IMG/VR virus record: IMGVR_UViG_3300022407_001247
Location: 1 to 54,409 of that record
Origin: a virus
Lineage: Duplodnaviria > Caudoviricetes
Strand: one strand, 5' to 3'
DNA length: 54,409 nt
Shown: piece after piece, positions 19,715-28,642 of the stretch
How the letters are laid out: the number at the start of each line of letters is the position of its first letter
How positions within the stretch are numbered: the stretch's first letter is position 1
The notes under the pieces: generated by a model
What the model was told of the DNA's origin: nothing
Databases searched by the model: none
Seen by the model: only the letters and a program-made list of their open reading frames with translations
Program-made: the position numbers and the translations under genes

Positions 19715-19978
19715 TCAGCAGCGGACCTTAGCTGCGGAGCCACCTTTTTTCATCACCATCGGGGAAGCCGTAGCTACAGGCATCTTCATGGAAGAACGCT
19801 TCACCATCTCTTCGCGCCGCATGCGCGGGGTCTCTTCAGCTTCATGTTTGACCATCGCCTTGCGGCTCGGGTACTTTTCGCCGGTGGCTTTCTCAACGAC
19901 CGGACCGCCCTTGGCGTACTTGGCGGGAGCAGCGACTTTGCCGCCGAAGGAGAACTCTTTAACGTATGTGCAACCCAT
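19715..19978 (-). CDS. Small basic protein with three GG motifs
   Basis: FSFGGKV, YAKGGPV and MKKGGSA motifs; AAGGGG RBS. Confidence 0.7.
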   Translation of the reverse strand: MGCTYVKEFSFGGKVAAPAKYAKGGPVVEKATGEKYPSRKAMVKHEAEETPRMRREEMVKRSSMKMPVATASPMVMKKGGSAAKVRC

Positions 19979-20001
19979 GATAGCCCCTTAGTGTAAAAAT
20001 G

Positions 20002-20730
20002 TTAAGGATTCTGCAAAGCAAGAAATTGGCCTAGTGTCAAGCCACCGCCACCGCCGCCACCACCCGCCGCTGCGTTGTGCAGTAGCTCGCCCATGGTGGC
20101 ATTAAGGTCGTAGTTTGCCGCAATGGCGTTCCATACGGCGTCTCGGATGCCCTCGGGGGTCAGCGCACCATAAGAAAGGATATCGGCAGACATATTGCCT
20201 GAGGCATATGGCGTTGCATTGGTAATTGTTCCAGACCCGTCCGCAGCTGCCTGCATCCAAGCCAAAGCTGCTGCTGTTGCGGTAAGGTCGCCAGAGCCTG
20301 AGAGATTGGCTACTGCCTGCAAGAACCCCCGCAGGTCAGCAGTAGACACTGTGCCGTCACCCGCAAGGTTTGCCGCCATGCTGATGATGAGTTGGGCAAT
20401 TGCACTGGTGATATCACCCGCGCCGGTCAAACTTGCATCTGCGTTTAAACCACCCGCCAAGGTCACTGTGGCAGAGCCTGCACCTTGGATGGGCTGGGTC
20501 GATGCAATCTGCCCTGAAATCTGCGGCAGAACCCACGCAATGTCTGGATAGCTGCCAGTGGGTATGGCGTACAAAGACAGTGCCACCGTAGTCTGGTCAA
20601 CGTAGAAGCGGTTGCGGTATGAGCCCGACTTGCTGAAATTTGAACGTACCTGTCCTTCCACCGATGTGGTAGACCCGGCTATAAACCTGCCGGGACCTTT
20701 CTGTAGGACAGAGTAGTTGCCAATCAGCAT
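20002..20730 (-). CDS. Virion structural protein (fibre-like)
   Basis: Ala/Gly/Ser repeats 'A.L.G.G.(I/L)', and 'AVWNAIAANY..NATMG'. Confidence 0.55.
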   Translation of the reverse strand: MLIGNYSVLQKGPGRFIAGSTTSVEGQVRSNFSKSGSYRNRFYVDQTTVALSLYAIPTGSYPDIAWVLPQISGQIASTQPIQGAGSATVTLAGGLNADASLTGAGDITSAIAQLIISMAANLAGDGTVSTADLRGFLQAVANLSGSGDLTATAAALAWMQAAADGSGTITNATPYASGNMSADILSYGALTPEGIRDAVWNAIAANYDLNATMGELLHNAAAGGGGGGGGLTLGQFLALQNP

Positions 20731-20731
20731 A

Positions 20732-21853
20732 TTAGCCCCAAGCGGAGTCTATGTGGCCGAAGAACGAACTGTTGACTGGAGTAGCTGCACCAGCATACAT
20801 CAGCCATTGTAGATTTGCGCCGTCATAAACACGGGGCATGGATGGTAGCTGGTTGACCAGATCGCGCTCAGAAGCCACGCCCACCGTGGTGATGGGCAAG
20901 GTGAGCAGGGGTTTGCACAGCACCAAGTTCATAACGCCCGAGGTCATGGTGGCGGAGAATTGAACGGTTTGCACCGTCAAGATGCCTTGATCGCCAGCCG
21001 CCAAGGGGATGAATGGGCCAAACTTACCAGCCCCCGTCCCGGCATAGGCAATTGATCCTACCGGCGAAGCGGTGTTGATGATGGGTAGCGAAGGCGTTGC
21101 CGGGACGATGCGGCCTGCTGTCGAAGCCGTGTTGGTGTAGCTCATTGTGAAGGTTGGCGTACCCGCACCCATGACCACTGAGGGCACCAAATAAGCGCGT
21201 ACCCCTTTGCCGTCGGCGTAGCGTGGCAATGTCTGCGTACCCAGAATGGTCTGAGCAGTCGTCAGTGTGGTGGTGGTAATTGGGATTACTGCCAGTTGGT
21301 CGATGAGCATCATGACCGCTGGCGCTGTGGTTGGCGCTGCACTGAACGCGCTGACGTTAAGAATGTTCTTGACGCTTGGGCTGACGCTGCCACCAGTCTG
21401 GATGCCATTGGCAAACTGGGTGCCGGTAATGGTTTGGCTGGTAACAGTTTGCGAGATGTTGACGGTGTAGGTGCCGCCGTTGTTTTGTCCGGTGCCTGTG
21501 CCAAGCGCAGTGATGTAGGTACCCGCCGTCACGCCAGTGCCTGACAGAATAGAACCAATCGTAAACCTGCCGCTGCCGTGCGTTGTATCGGTAAAAGTCG
21601 TAGTAGCAATGGACCCGCCCAAAGCCGCTGTGACTGCGGTGGTGCTGGTTGAGTCCGACATGGCTTGGAAGGTCAAGTTTGTGCCAGCGCCAATGATGGC
21701 GTTTTGGATAGGGTTGCCCGAGCCAGTGGACAGGTCGTACCATTGACCGGCAGTTTGTACGGTGACCGGCAGGGTCAATTTGTTCCAATCTGCCCGATTT
21801 GATTGCCCACCAGTCAATGCGCTAATAAGCTGGTCCATACTCTGGATTGCCAT
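20732..21853 (-). CDS. Virion structural protein (paralogue of 21857..22723)
   Basis: Thr-rich; shares 'W.DLS..GNP', 'LPRY..G.GV', 'YTN...GR' and 'GPF..L..GD.G' with its neighbour. Confidence 0.6.
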   Translation of the reverse strand: MAIQSMDQLISALTGGQSNRADWNKLTLPVTVQTAGQWYDLSTGSGNPIQNAIIGAGTNLTFQAMSDSTSTTAVTAALGGSIATTTFTDTTHGSGRFTIGSILSGTGVTAGTYITALGTGTGQNNGGTYTVNISQTVTSQTITGTQFANGIQTGGSVSPSVKNILNVSAFSAAPTTAPAVMMLIDQLAVIPITTTTLTTAQTILGTQTLPRYADGKGVRAYLVPSVVMGAGTPTFTMSYTNTASTAGRIVPATPSLPIINTASPVGSIAYAGTGAGKFGPFIPLAAGDQGILTVQTVQFSATMTSGVMNLVLCKPLLTLPITTVGVASERDLVNQLPSMPRVYDGANLQWLMYAGAATPVNSSFFGHIDSAWG

Positions 21854-21856
21854 TTT

Positions 21857-22723
21857 CTACCCCCAAATTGTTTGAATATACCCGTGAAAGGCCACGGTAC
21901 TAAGGCCGCTTTGCGGGTTGCACAGCAGGTTCAGGTAAGCATCGTCTTGAATTTGCGGAAAAGAAAAGAAGTCTAAAACTGGCACTCTCTCCGCTGGCGC
22001 GTCAATTGAACGGAAGCTAATGTCTTCAATTGGCACTACCAAAACCATTGCAATCAGGCCAATGTCTGGGCTTAAAAACTGAACGCTTTGAATGCTGCGA
22101 ACGCCCTTGTCACCGGATTGCAGACCCAAGAATGGGCCAGAACTAAACCGGGTGGCTGGGGCTGCGGTGATGATAGAGCCCGTAGCGGTGGCTGTGTTGC
22201 AGGCCACAATTTGCGTAGTCCGCCCACTCACGCCGTCGCTGTTGGTGTAGGTCACGAAAAACTGCGGGTTGCCTGAACCTAACTGAGCCGCCACCTGAAC
22301 GGGCATGATCTGCACACCCACACCATTGGTGTAGCGGGGCAGTGTCACCGTGTTGGTCATAAACTGCGGGTCGGTGTTGCCCATGTCCACGAACGGGTAA
22401 TACATCAGGTAATCGCACAGCAGCATTGGGTTTGGCGCTGCGTTGGCTTGGGTTGCCAGCACCATCAGGGTCTTCAAAAACTTCTTGTAGCCCAACTGCG
22501 CTACGTTCTGCCCGTGGCTGATGCCGCCATCTGTGCTTTGAGCCATTGCTACCGCCACCAATGGGCTGGCAGCGTAATAGTTTGGCACGGGGTTGCCGGG
22601 ACTCATACTCAGGTCAAACCACACACCACTTGTCGTGCTTTGGCTGACGGTTTTTCTCCAAGTGGCGAAGTTGGTCTTGCCTTCATTCTCGGCATTGACC
22701 AGATCGCGCATACTTGAAATCAC
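21857..22723 (-). CDS. Virion structural protein (paralogue of 20732..21853)
   Basis: GTG start overlaps the upstream stop; same shared motifs; both proteins end in WG. Confidence 0.6.
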   Translation of the reverse strand: MISSMRDLVNAENEGKTNFATWRKTVSQSTTSGVWFDLSMSPGNPVPNYYAASPLVAVAMAQSTDGGISHGQNVAQLGYKKFLKTLMVLATQANAAPNPMLLCDYLMYYPFVDMGNTDPQFMTNTVTLPRYTNGVGVQIMPVQVAAQLGSGNPQFFVTYTNSDGVSGRTTQIVACNTATATGSIITAAPATRFSSGPFLGLQSGDKGVRSIQSVQFLSPDIGLIAMVLVVPIEDISFRSIDAPAERVPVLDFFSFPQIQDDAYLNLLCNPQSGLSTVAFHGYIQTIWG

Positions 22724-22890
22724 TGGGCAGTCCCCTGACCGTAAACTGTTGCCTCTAAGTTAGCCAGCACAGGCACATCCTTGTGGCCGCATGGACGGTA
22801 AACAATTCCTTCGACCAAGAATACCGCTTCTTTGCATTCTGAGCATAGGTACAGAGGCGCTTCACCCTTGGCAATATTAGGCTGATCCAT
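22720..22890 (-). CDS. Small Zn-ribbon-like protein, 56 aa (absent from ORF track)
   Basis: Translated by hand: MDQPNIAKGEAPLYLCSECKEAVFLVEGIVYRPCGHKDVPVLANLEATVYGQGTAQ. It fills the gap exactly and has CxxC...CxH. Confidence 0.65.
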   Translation of the reverse strand: MDQPNIAKGEAPLYLCSECKEAVFLVEGIVYRPCGHKDVPVLANLEATVYGQGTAQ

Positions 22891-22892
22891 GC

Positions 22893-23324
22893 TCAAGTCT
22901 CCGTCACTACAAGTGCGCCTAGCGCGAACTGCGGCTGAATACCATTAGCCACCGCCAATGCACTGTTCAAAGCACCTGAGTACAAAATGATACCCGCCCC
23001 GGTAGACAGCATACCAATGGCAACGTAGGTCAGCGTGGCACCCGTGGCACCGCACTGTGCAAACTGAGCCAGAGCAGCGTTGCTTGCCGTGTTGGTAACT
23101 ACCGTCCAACCGCCCGCAGTACGCGCAACCGCGATCCGAACGTAGTTGGTGTAAGACGTTTCACTGGTTGACTGAGTTCCACCTACGCCGGGGTCGGCAG
23201 TGTGCAAACTCAAGTACAGGTTTGTTGCTGGGCTCGTAGCGGTGTTGTCCGCTATGCTTGTCCAAGCCGTGCCGTTGAAAATCAACTTCAGCAAGTTGTT
23301 GCAGGTTGTCGTACTTTTTGCCAT
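22893..23324 (-). CDS. Virion structural protein (tail/head fibre base type)
   Basis: 'LYLSLHTADPG..E..Y..Y.R' motif typical of small phage fibre-associated proteins. Confidence 0.6.
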   Translation of the reverse strand: MAKSTTTCNNLLKLIFNGTAWTSIADNTATSPATNLYLSLHTADPGVGGTQSTSETSYTNYVRIAVARTAGGWTVVTNTASNAALAQFAQCGATGATLTYVAIGMLSTGAGIILYSGALNSALAVANGIQPQFALGALVVTET

Positions 23325-23325
23325 G

Positions 23326-23580
23326 TCAGACTCCAGTCAGATTTTGATACTCAGCGTAGTTGAGTGTTAAGTAGTTTGTCCAAGCGGTGTCGTAGTCGGT
23401 GTACGCTGGGTTGTTTGACTGGTTTGCATACAGCATAACTCCAGAGGTAGTGTTGAACTTTTGAATCAGCCAAACCCCCCTAGCGGTTACCTTGCCCACA
23501 TACAGTGGATTTGCATCCACCAAGTTGTTGAGAAGGTAGGGGCTAGAGGGTGGTACATAGGTAACACCACTGACCGACAC
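23326..23580 (-). CDS. Hypothetical protein
   Basis: Fills the gap in the operon; 'YVGK..WLIQKF..W' pattern. Confidence 0.6.
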   Translation of the reverse strand: MSVSGVTYVPPSSPYLLNNLVDANPLYVGKVTARGVWLIQKFNTTSGVMLYANQSNNPAYTDYDTAWTNYLTLNYAEYQNLTGV

Positions 23581-23583
23581 CGT

Positions 23584-24102
23584 TTACCCCAGCTTTGCAC
23601 GTAGCGTATCAAGAGCCTTTTCAGCAGCAGCTTTGCGCTTCTCAAGGTCCATGATTTCGGCCTGCATTGCTTTGACTGCTACTGCGTGGTCTGCTTCAAG
23701 ACTTGAAATAACAGAGGCGTGCTGCTTTACGGCTTCAACTTCTTCAGCCTGGGCCGATGCCGTAGATGCCTGGTGCTCTTGAATCTTAGCGGCGGCATCT
23801 TTTTTGGCTTTTGCCACTTCAGCTTTAGCCTCAGAAATTTCTACCTTGAAGATTTTAAGCAGTTCGAGGTGTTCTTCCTTAACCCCGTTCAAACGCTGCA
23901 TAGCAGCCGCAACTTTAACCTCAGCAGCAGCCTCGCGATCCTGGCATGCTACGTTAACTCGTTCAAATTCTGCAGCTTTTTGGGCTACAGAACGAGACAA
24001 CTCAGCTTCACGCTGGGCGGCATCAATAACGGCCGGCAGCGTCTGCATAACCGGTGTCCACATGTCATAAAATGACTGTAGAGCTCTATGGTCGATAGCC
24101 AT
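23584..24102 (-). CDS. Coiled-coil protein
   Basis: A/E/K-rich heptads; AAGGAG RBS. Confidence 0.7.
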   Translation of the reverse strand: MAIDHRALQSFYDMWTPVMQTLPAVIDAAQREAELSRSVAQKAAEFERVNVACQDREAAAEVKVAAAMQRLNGVKEEHLELLKIFKVEISEAKAEVAKAKKDAAAKIQEHQASTASAQAEEVEAVKQHASVISSLEADHAVAVKAMQAEIMDLEKRKAAAEKALDTLRAKLG

Positions 24103-24114
24103 CTAGCTACTCCT

Positions 24115-24444
24115 TTAAGTAAGTCCGGCCTGAACCAAGTTCATGGTGGCGGTTCCGCTGGTGTAAGGCGTCACATTGAGCCGAATTGCCGTGACCGGGT
24201 AGGCATAGTTGCCGTCCGCAGACGCAGTCTTAGCGGCCAGTGTTGCGTGAGGATACCACTTAGCGGTAGCCGCACTGAAGTTTGAAGCAAACACATCGTC
24301 AAATGTGTGCTCAACAGTGTAAGTCAGCGAAGCACCGGCAGTCAAATTGACCGACAAACCCACATTGAAGGGGGAAATGTACTGGTCCATCGGGATAACT
24401 GCCGAAGTGGTAGCCGAGCCGACCGAAACTCTAATTGGGCGCAT
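24115..24444 (-). CDS. Virion structural protein
   Basis: Beta-sandwich-like, 'YTVEHTFDD' and 'PVTAIRLNV'; AAGGAG RBS. Confidence 0.65.
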   Translation of the reverse strand: MRPIRVSVGSATTSAVIPMDQYISPFNVGLSVNLTAGASLTYTVEHTFDDVFASNFSAATAKWYPHATLAAKTASADGNYAYPVTAIRLNVTPYTSGTATMNLVQAGLT

Positions 24445-24457
24445 ATGCCATTCTCCT

Positions 24458-24479
24458 TAAAGGCAGGGGCCGAAGCCCC
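24458..24479 (-). terminator. Possible intrinsic terminator or stabilising hairpin (cUUCGg)
   Basis: Minus strand GGGGC-TTCG-GCCCC followed by tgccttt; the U-tract is weak. Confidence 0.45.
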
Positions 24480-24488
24480 AGTCCCAAC

Positions 24489-24977
24489 TTAGTTGGCGTA
24501 AATAGGAGTGCTTGTACCGTTGGCGTTGCGCTGAGCGTACACAACCACCAGGGTCACCGAGCCGGTGGTCAGCGTGCCCGCCTTGGTGGCGGTGTAGGTA
24601 ATGATTGCGTCCGTCGCACCTACGTTAGCCCACAGAGCTGTTGTGGCGCTAGCAGCGGTGGCGCCCGTCATAGCGGTGGGGTTGGCCGGGCCGGTGACGG
24701 TAGTGGCAGCAACCAGGTCCGTAGCTCCGATTGACAACTTGACCGTTGTAGCCGCACTGAACGTGTCCGTTGTGAAGAACGTCAGGGAGTGCAGAATTGC
24801 CCCGGCTGGCAGGACGAACGCGGTGCCGGTCAGGCTGGCGTTCACAGAAGCAAAACCAAGCGTGACGCTTTGGACCAGCTGAATAACGCCGGTGTTGCGG
24901 AGGGTGCCTGCGGTGGTACCTGTGGAGACAGGGACAGTGCCGGACCGAATCGGACCCGAGAAAGTTGACATTGACAT
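24489..24977 (-). CDS. Virion structural/capsid decoration protein
   Basis: 'STFSGPIRSG' N-terminus and 'LPAGA'; first gene after the capsid gene. Confidence 0.65.
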   Translation of the reverse strand: MSMSTFSGPIRSGTVPVSTGTTAGTLRNTGVIQLVQSVTLGFASVNASLTGTAFVLPAGAILHSLTFFTTDTFSAATTVKLSIGATDLVAATTVTGPANPTAMTGATAASATTALWANVGATDAIITYTATKAGTLTTGSVTLVVVYAQRNANGTSTPIYAN

Positions 24978-24983
24978 GACTTT

Positions 24984-25054
24984 TCCTTACATGCGGTTAA
25001 GAGTGCGTCGGTCTGCATGTTCGTCAGCCGGGCTAGCTGTCTGACGCACCCTGA
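24984..25054 (-). ncRNA. Structured pseudoknotted RNA downstream of the capsid gene (Mu-gpT-DE-like candidate)
   Basis: Stem GGGTGCGTC/GACGCACTC (25051-25043 with 25009-25001). An internal ACATGC can pair with the downstream GCATGT (24994-24989) next to the SD. The location matches the described Mu-gpT downstream element; the family assignment is from recall. Confidence 0.55.
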
Positions 25055-25055
25055 A

Positions 25056-25113
25056 AGCGCCCTGCAAACACCCCTCACAGCTTGTGGCCACGAGGGGTGT
25101 TCACGGGAGCGCT
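25056..25113 (-). terminator. Long hairpin immediately after the capsid stop (leaky terminator or processing site)
   Basis: AGCGCTCCCGTGAACACCCCTCGTGGC / GCTGTGAGGGGTGTTTGCAGGGCGCT, followed by only a short T run. Confidence 0.55.
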
Positions 25114-25114
25114 C

Positions 25115-26029
25115 TTATACGCCCGGGGTACCGTAGAAGCCGCGCGGGTCAGTCCAACCCACGGTGTAACGCTCGGTGGCTTTGTAGCGCATGGAGTCGG
25201 TTTCGAAGTCACCTTCCATGCTCTTTTCCAGGCCGCGACGCATCATCAGCTTCAGACCTTCAGGAGCATCAGTCTGAATGCCCCAGGCAGTCGTAGACGT
25301 GATACGCGAGAGGTTGGCTTGCCCTTCGCCCAGCAGCCCCATCGATTTGATGGGGTTGATGTCGTTGTCGGTGGTACCCGAACGCAGCACAGACTTGAGG
25401 AGAACCTCGGCCTGGAACACGTTGGACGGGCCGGTAACGATCTTCAGGGGCGTCAACCGGATACGCTTGCCGTTGTTGTCAACAGCGTTGCGAATCTGGA
25501 TGAGCAGCTGCTCAAGGGAGGTCTGCGACATCGCAGCGGCGGTGGTCAGCTGGTTGCTGAAAGTGCCGTTCACGATGGGATGGTTGGAGGCCACCAGCGA
25601 CACACCGTCACCACCAACATACGAGCCGTTGAAGGCGCGGTTGATGATGTTGGCGCAGAGCGTTTCCTTCGTCTCGACCAACGACTGGGCCAAGTGCTTG
25701 GCGTAGGTCTGGCCGACACGGATGTGGTCGCCGTCTTCCACCAGCACCTTGGTCAGCGCGAAGGCCAGGCCGTACACTTTGTACAGGTAGCGCTGCAGGA
25801 ACAGCACACCACCCGACTGGTACGTGACCGCCATGCCGTCTGGCAGCTCAGGCGCAGCCCCGAAGCCGTACAGGACGGGCTCTTCGTGGTAGTTGCGCGT
25901 GATGCCTTTCTGCTCACGGAAGACCATTTTCCACTCGTCGGCGCGTTGCTCGTAAACGCCATCGAACACTTCGTTGAGGATAGGCTCAACAACGGACCGG
26001 AAGTCCGTACTACGCATTGGGGTAGCCAT
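25115..26029 (-). CDS. Major capsid protein (Mu gpT-like, HK97 fold)
   Basis: 304 aa; 'YGLAFALTKVLVEDG', 'YVGGDGVSL...HP' and 'MEGDFETDSMRYKATERY.VGWTDPRG' motifs; follows scaffold and cement genes. Confidence 0.88.
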   Translation of the reverse strand: MATPMRSTDFRSVVEPILNEVFDGVYEQRADEWKMVFREQKGITRNYHEEPVLYGFGAAPELPDGMAVTYQSGGVLFLQRYLYKVYGLAFALTKVLVEDGDHIRVGQTYAKHLAQSLVETKETLCANIINRAFNGSYVGGDGVSLVASNHPIVNGTFSNQLTTAAAMSQTSLEQLLIQIRNAVDNNGKRIRLTPLKIVTGPSNVFQAEVLLKSVLRSGTTDNDINPIKSMGLLGEGQANLSRITSTTAWGIQTDAPEGLKLMMRRGLEKSMEGDFETDSMRYKATERYTVGWTDPRGFYGTPGV

Positions 26030-26042
26030 GTTTTAGCCCTCC

Positions 26043-26636
26043 TTAGATCGAGTTGACAGCTGCTTTGTAATGGTGTTCGTTGATACGAACAGTCGCAGTT
26101 ACATAAGCGTCAGTGAGTGAATCGGCCACACCATAGGCAAAGCCCGTGATCTGGAACTGGCCTGAGGTCGCCTGGATGGCGGTCAGGAAGGTAGCGGACA
26201 AGCCGGTGAAGGTCGAACCGCCCGGGGCAGTTGCAGTCCAGTCGCACTCTTCGCCGACAGCCGTTTGCACGGTGGTGCCTGCGGAAGGGTTGGCGTACTC
26301 GACGTCAAACAGCGTCTCCGGATCATCGTACACGAAGGCACGGATGTTGGAGCCGGTAGCGCCGGTGGGCCAGAAGTTGCTGACCACAGGCTTGCCGGAG
26401 GCGTCGTTGTACTCCACGCCGGCAAAGATGCCGAGCAGAGCGATGCCGTCCACCGTGCCGGTACGAGTACCGTCAGAAGTGCCGAGTTGAATGACGCCGT
26501 TGTCAGTGAGTTTGACAGGGTCGCCATTGAAGATGTTTGCAGCGTAGGCGCTGGTGATGGTGTAAGCCTTCGGGCGAATCATCCCACTGTTGTGGTAGGA
26601 GGGACGGAAGCCGAAAGCAGCGCTAGTCGAGGACAT
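26043..26636 (-). CDS. Putative capsid cement/minor capsid protein
   Basis: 'FGFRP', 'IFNGDPV', 'LLGIFAGVEY' and 'VYDDP' motifs; directly upstream of the MCP. Confidence 0.65.
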   Translation of the reverse strand: MSSTSAAFGFRPSYHNSGMIRPKAYTITSAYAANIFNGDPVKLTDNGVIQLGTSDGTRTGTVDGIALLGIFAGVEYNDASGKPVVSNFWPTGATGSNIRAFVYDDPETLFDVEYANPSAGTTVQTAVGEECDWTATAPGGSTFTGLSATFLTAIQATSGQFQITGFAYGVADSLTDAYVTATVRINEHHYKAAVNSI

Positions 26637-26659
26637 GCGGGAGCTCCTTAAAAGATGGA

Positions 26660-27187
26660 CTAAGCAAGCTCAAAACGAGCTTGCCGCTTTTCCGCCAAAC
26701 CGGACATACCTTCACCCATATCGAGGCGACTCTTGCTGCTGCGGGCTTGTTGTTCAAGAAAGTCTGCCGTGTCAGTCAGCTTCTCTTCTTCACGGAGAGG
26801 AGCATCGTGGTGGGCTTCTTGCATGAAGCGTTGGTACAAGCTCTGGGGCAACTTGAATGCGAGCATCTCGTTCACACCAATGAACCCTGCGTACTCGCCG
26901 GTCTTGACGGTTGCGTGTTCCCAGCCAGCGATGTCTTCCGGCTTAACGGGCTCGTAGCCCAAACGCAACCGCGCATGAATGGAGTCGCGCGGATTGGTGG
27001 TGGTCAGCCAGCACAAGTGCCAGCCAGGGATTTGAGGCAAGTCTGGTAAAGCAGACTGGAATAACTGCTGTCGAAACAGTTCAAGTCGGTCATCCTCGGT
27101 GAGTGCGCGTGTTTCAGTTACAGCGCGATCTTGCATCGCACGTGATTCGCGGTTCTCGGCGGATTTCTTGAGGCGTTCGTCGGACAT
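26660..27187 (-). CDS. Conserved head-assembly-region protein
   Basis: 'LP.IPGWHLCWL..RLRLGYEPV' motif; has its own promoter and RBS. Confidence 0.65.
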   Translation of the reverse strand: MSDERLKKSAENRESRAMQDRAVTETRALTEDDRLELFRQQLFQSALPDLPQIPGWHLCWLTTTNPRDSIHARLRLGYEPVKPEDIAGWEHATVKTGEYAGFIGVNEMLAFKLPQSLYQRFMQEAHHDAPLREEEKLTDTADFLEQQARSSKSRLDMGEGMSGLAEKRQARFELA

Positions 27188-27216
27188 TTTCTCGCTCCTT
27201 TCAGCGATTAGGGTGA

Positions 27217-27245
27217 ATTATAAGGCACATTTGCTGAAAAGCAAA
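27217..27245 (-). promoter_or_regulatory. Structural-gene promoter, TTTGCTTT...TTATAAT class
   Basis: Minus strand TTGCTT-N16-TATAAT upstream of the capsid cluster. Confidence 0.7.
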
Positions 27246-27255
27246 TTATTTTGGT

Positions 27256-28176
27256 TCAAGCGCGGTTGGAACGGTCATACTCCATGTACCGTTTGACATA
27301 TTTCATGCGCAAAACAGGGTCATCCCACACCCCGGCATCCACCAACGCCTGTTTACGCTCAGGGCTGACGTAGACTTCGCGCCGAGTGGAGGCGGGGGCG
27401 TGTTCACGGCCGGAGCCGACGTTGGGGCCGCCCCGGGCTTGTCGCTCTTCGGGCTTAGAAACCCGCTCAGGCAGCCGACGGGCGACACGCTTGCGCAGTT
27501 CGTCCCAGTACTGGGTGGTTTTGGGGTCGTAGCCATCGCGGGCCAGGGCCTGGTCAACGGCCAGCACCACAGCTGAGTCCTCGTCCCGCCCCTGTTGGTC
27601 GTACCATGGGTTGTCAGCCAGGAACCGCTGCGCGTGGTTGGCCACTGCGGGGTCGATGCCGGGCTCAGGGCGTGGCGCGGAGGCTTGCTGTTTGGCGTTG
27701 CTGAGCTGCTGGGCGCGGGACATGGCTTGGTCGCGGTAGCGGAGCGCTTGGGCGACGTCTTCGCCGTTGCCCGCAGCTACAGCCTTAGCTATAACGTCCT
27801 CGGCCATCTTGACTTCGTTGAGAGCGGCCTTCAAGCCGCTGTCGACCGCATCAAAGTCCTGCTTGTGTGCGCGCTGCTCAAGGGCATTTTGCCGCCGCTC
27901 GAGGTCGTCGTTACGTTTGCGCAGGAACTCCAGCTCCAGTTTGTCGCGGCTGATGGCTTGGTCGCGACGCTCTTTGCGTTCGACTTTCTCTTTGCGGCGA
28001 CGCTCGCGAATGGCTTCCCGCTCGGAGTCGTCCGGGTCGTCCGGGTTGACGTCCCGTTCGTCGTTGTCGTCAACGTCGTCGGCCTCAGCCGGGCTGGAAT
28101 TGACGTCAGCTTCGCCTGCGCCGGTGGGTAGGGTCTCGACGATTTCAATATCGTCAGATTCTTTGATTTCAGCCAT
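27256..28176 (-). CDS. Putative scaffolding protein
   Basis: Acidic N-terminus, coiled coil, 'NPWY' and 'YWDEL'; lies between portal and capsid. Confidence 0.7.
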   Translation of the reverse strand: MAEIKESDDIEIVETLPTGAGEADVNSSPAEADDVDDNDERDVNPDDPDDSEREAIRERRRKEKVERKERRDQAISRDKLELEFLRKRNDDLERRQNALEQRAHKQDFDAVDSGLKAALNEVKMAEDVIAKAVAAGNGEDVAQALRYRDQAMSRAQQLSNAKQQASAPRPEPGIDPAVANHAQRFLADNPWYDQQGRDEDSAVVLAVDQALARDGYDPKTTQYWDELRKRVARRLPERVSKPEERQARGGPNVGSGREHAPASTRREVYVSPERKQALVDAGVWDDPVLRMKYVKRYMEYDRSNRA

Positions 28177-28191
28177 GATGGTTCACCCCTT

Positions 28192-28587
28192 TCAGATGAA
28201 TGCTTTCATCGCCAGCGGGTCACCTGTGACGCGGCCGATGATGTCGAGATCGTTGAAAATGACAAACAGAGCGCTGTCCCCGTTGGGTAGGATGTTCTCC
28301 CACCGGTCGCCGCCGTATTTGGGCACACGGACAAACTCTCCGGCAGTGCACCAGTTGCCTTCGGGCCAGGGCTCAAGGCTGTTCCGGTTCTTGAATGCCA
28401 GCGGGCCGACAGACACCACTTTTGCGGCTTGGGTGTTCCACTTTTCCGTGTCACGACTTCCGCTGTCCAGGATAATACCTGAGGCGGTTCGCTGTTTCGG
28501 ATTGCGGATTTGCACCAGCACGCGGCTGCCAAATGGCTGTACTCCTGGATCTGCTTCCGGGAAAGCCTCTTTCAACGCATCACTCAT
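28192..28587 (-). CDS. groES: GroES-like co-chaperonin
   Basis: 'QPFGSRVLV', 'TASGIIL', 'VVSVGP', 'KYGG' and 'DLDIIG' motifs. Confidence 0.85.
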   Translation of the reverse strand: MSDALKEAFPEADPGVQPFGSRVLVQIRNPKQRTASGIILDSGSRDTEKWNTQAAKVVSVGPLAFKNRNSLEPWPEGNWCTAGEFVRVPKYGGDRWENILPNGDSALFVIFNDLDIIGRVTGDPLAMKAFI

Positions 28588-28642
28588 TCTCTGCTCCTTT
28601 CAGCAGTTGGGGTTGGGGAACCTTTGCAGCGCAAAGTCGGCT

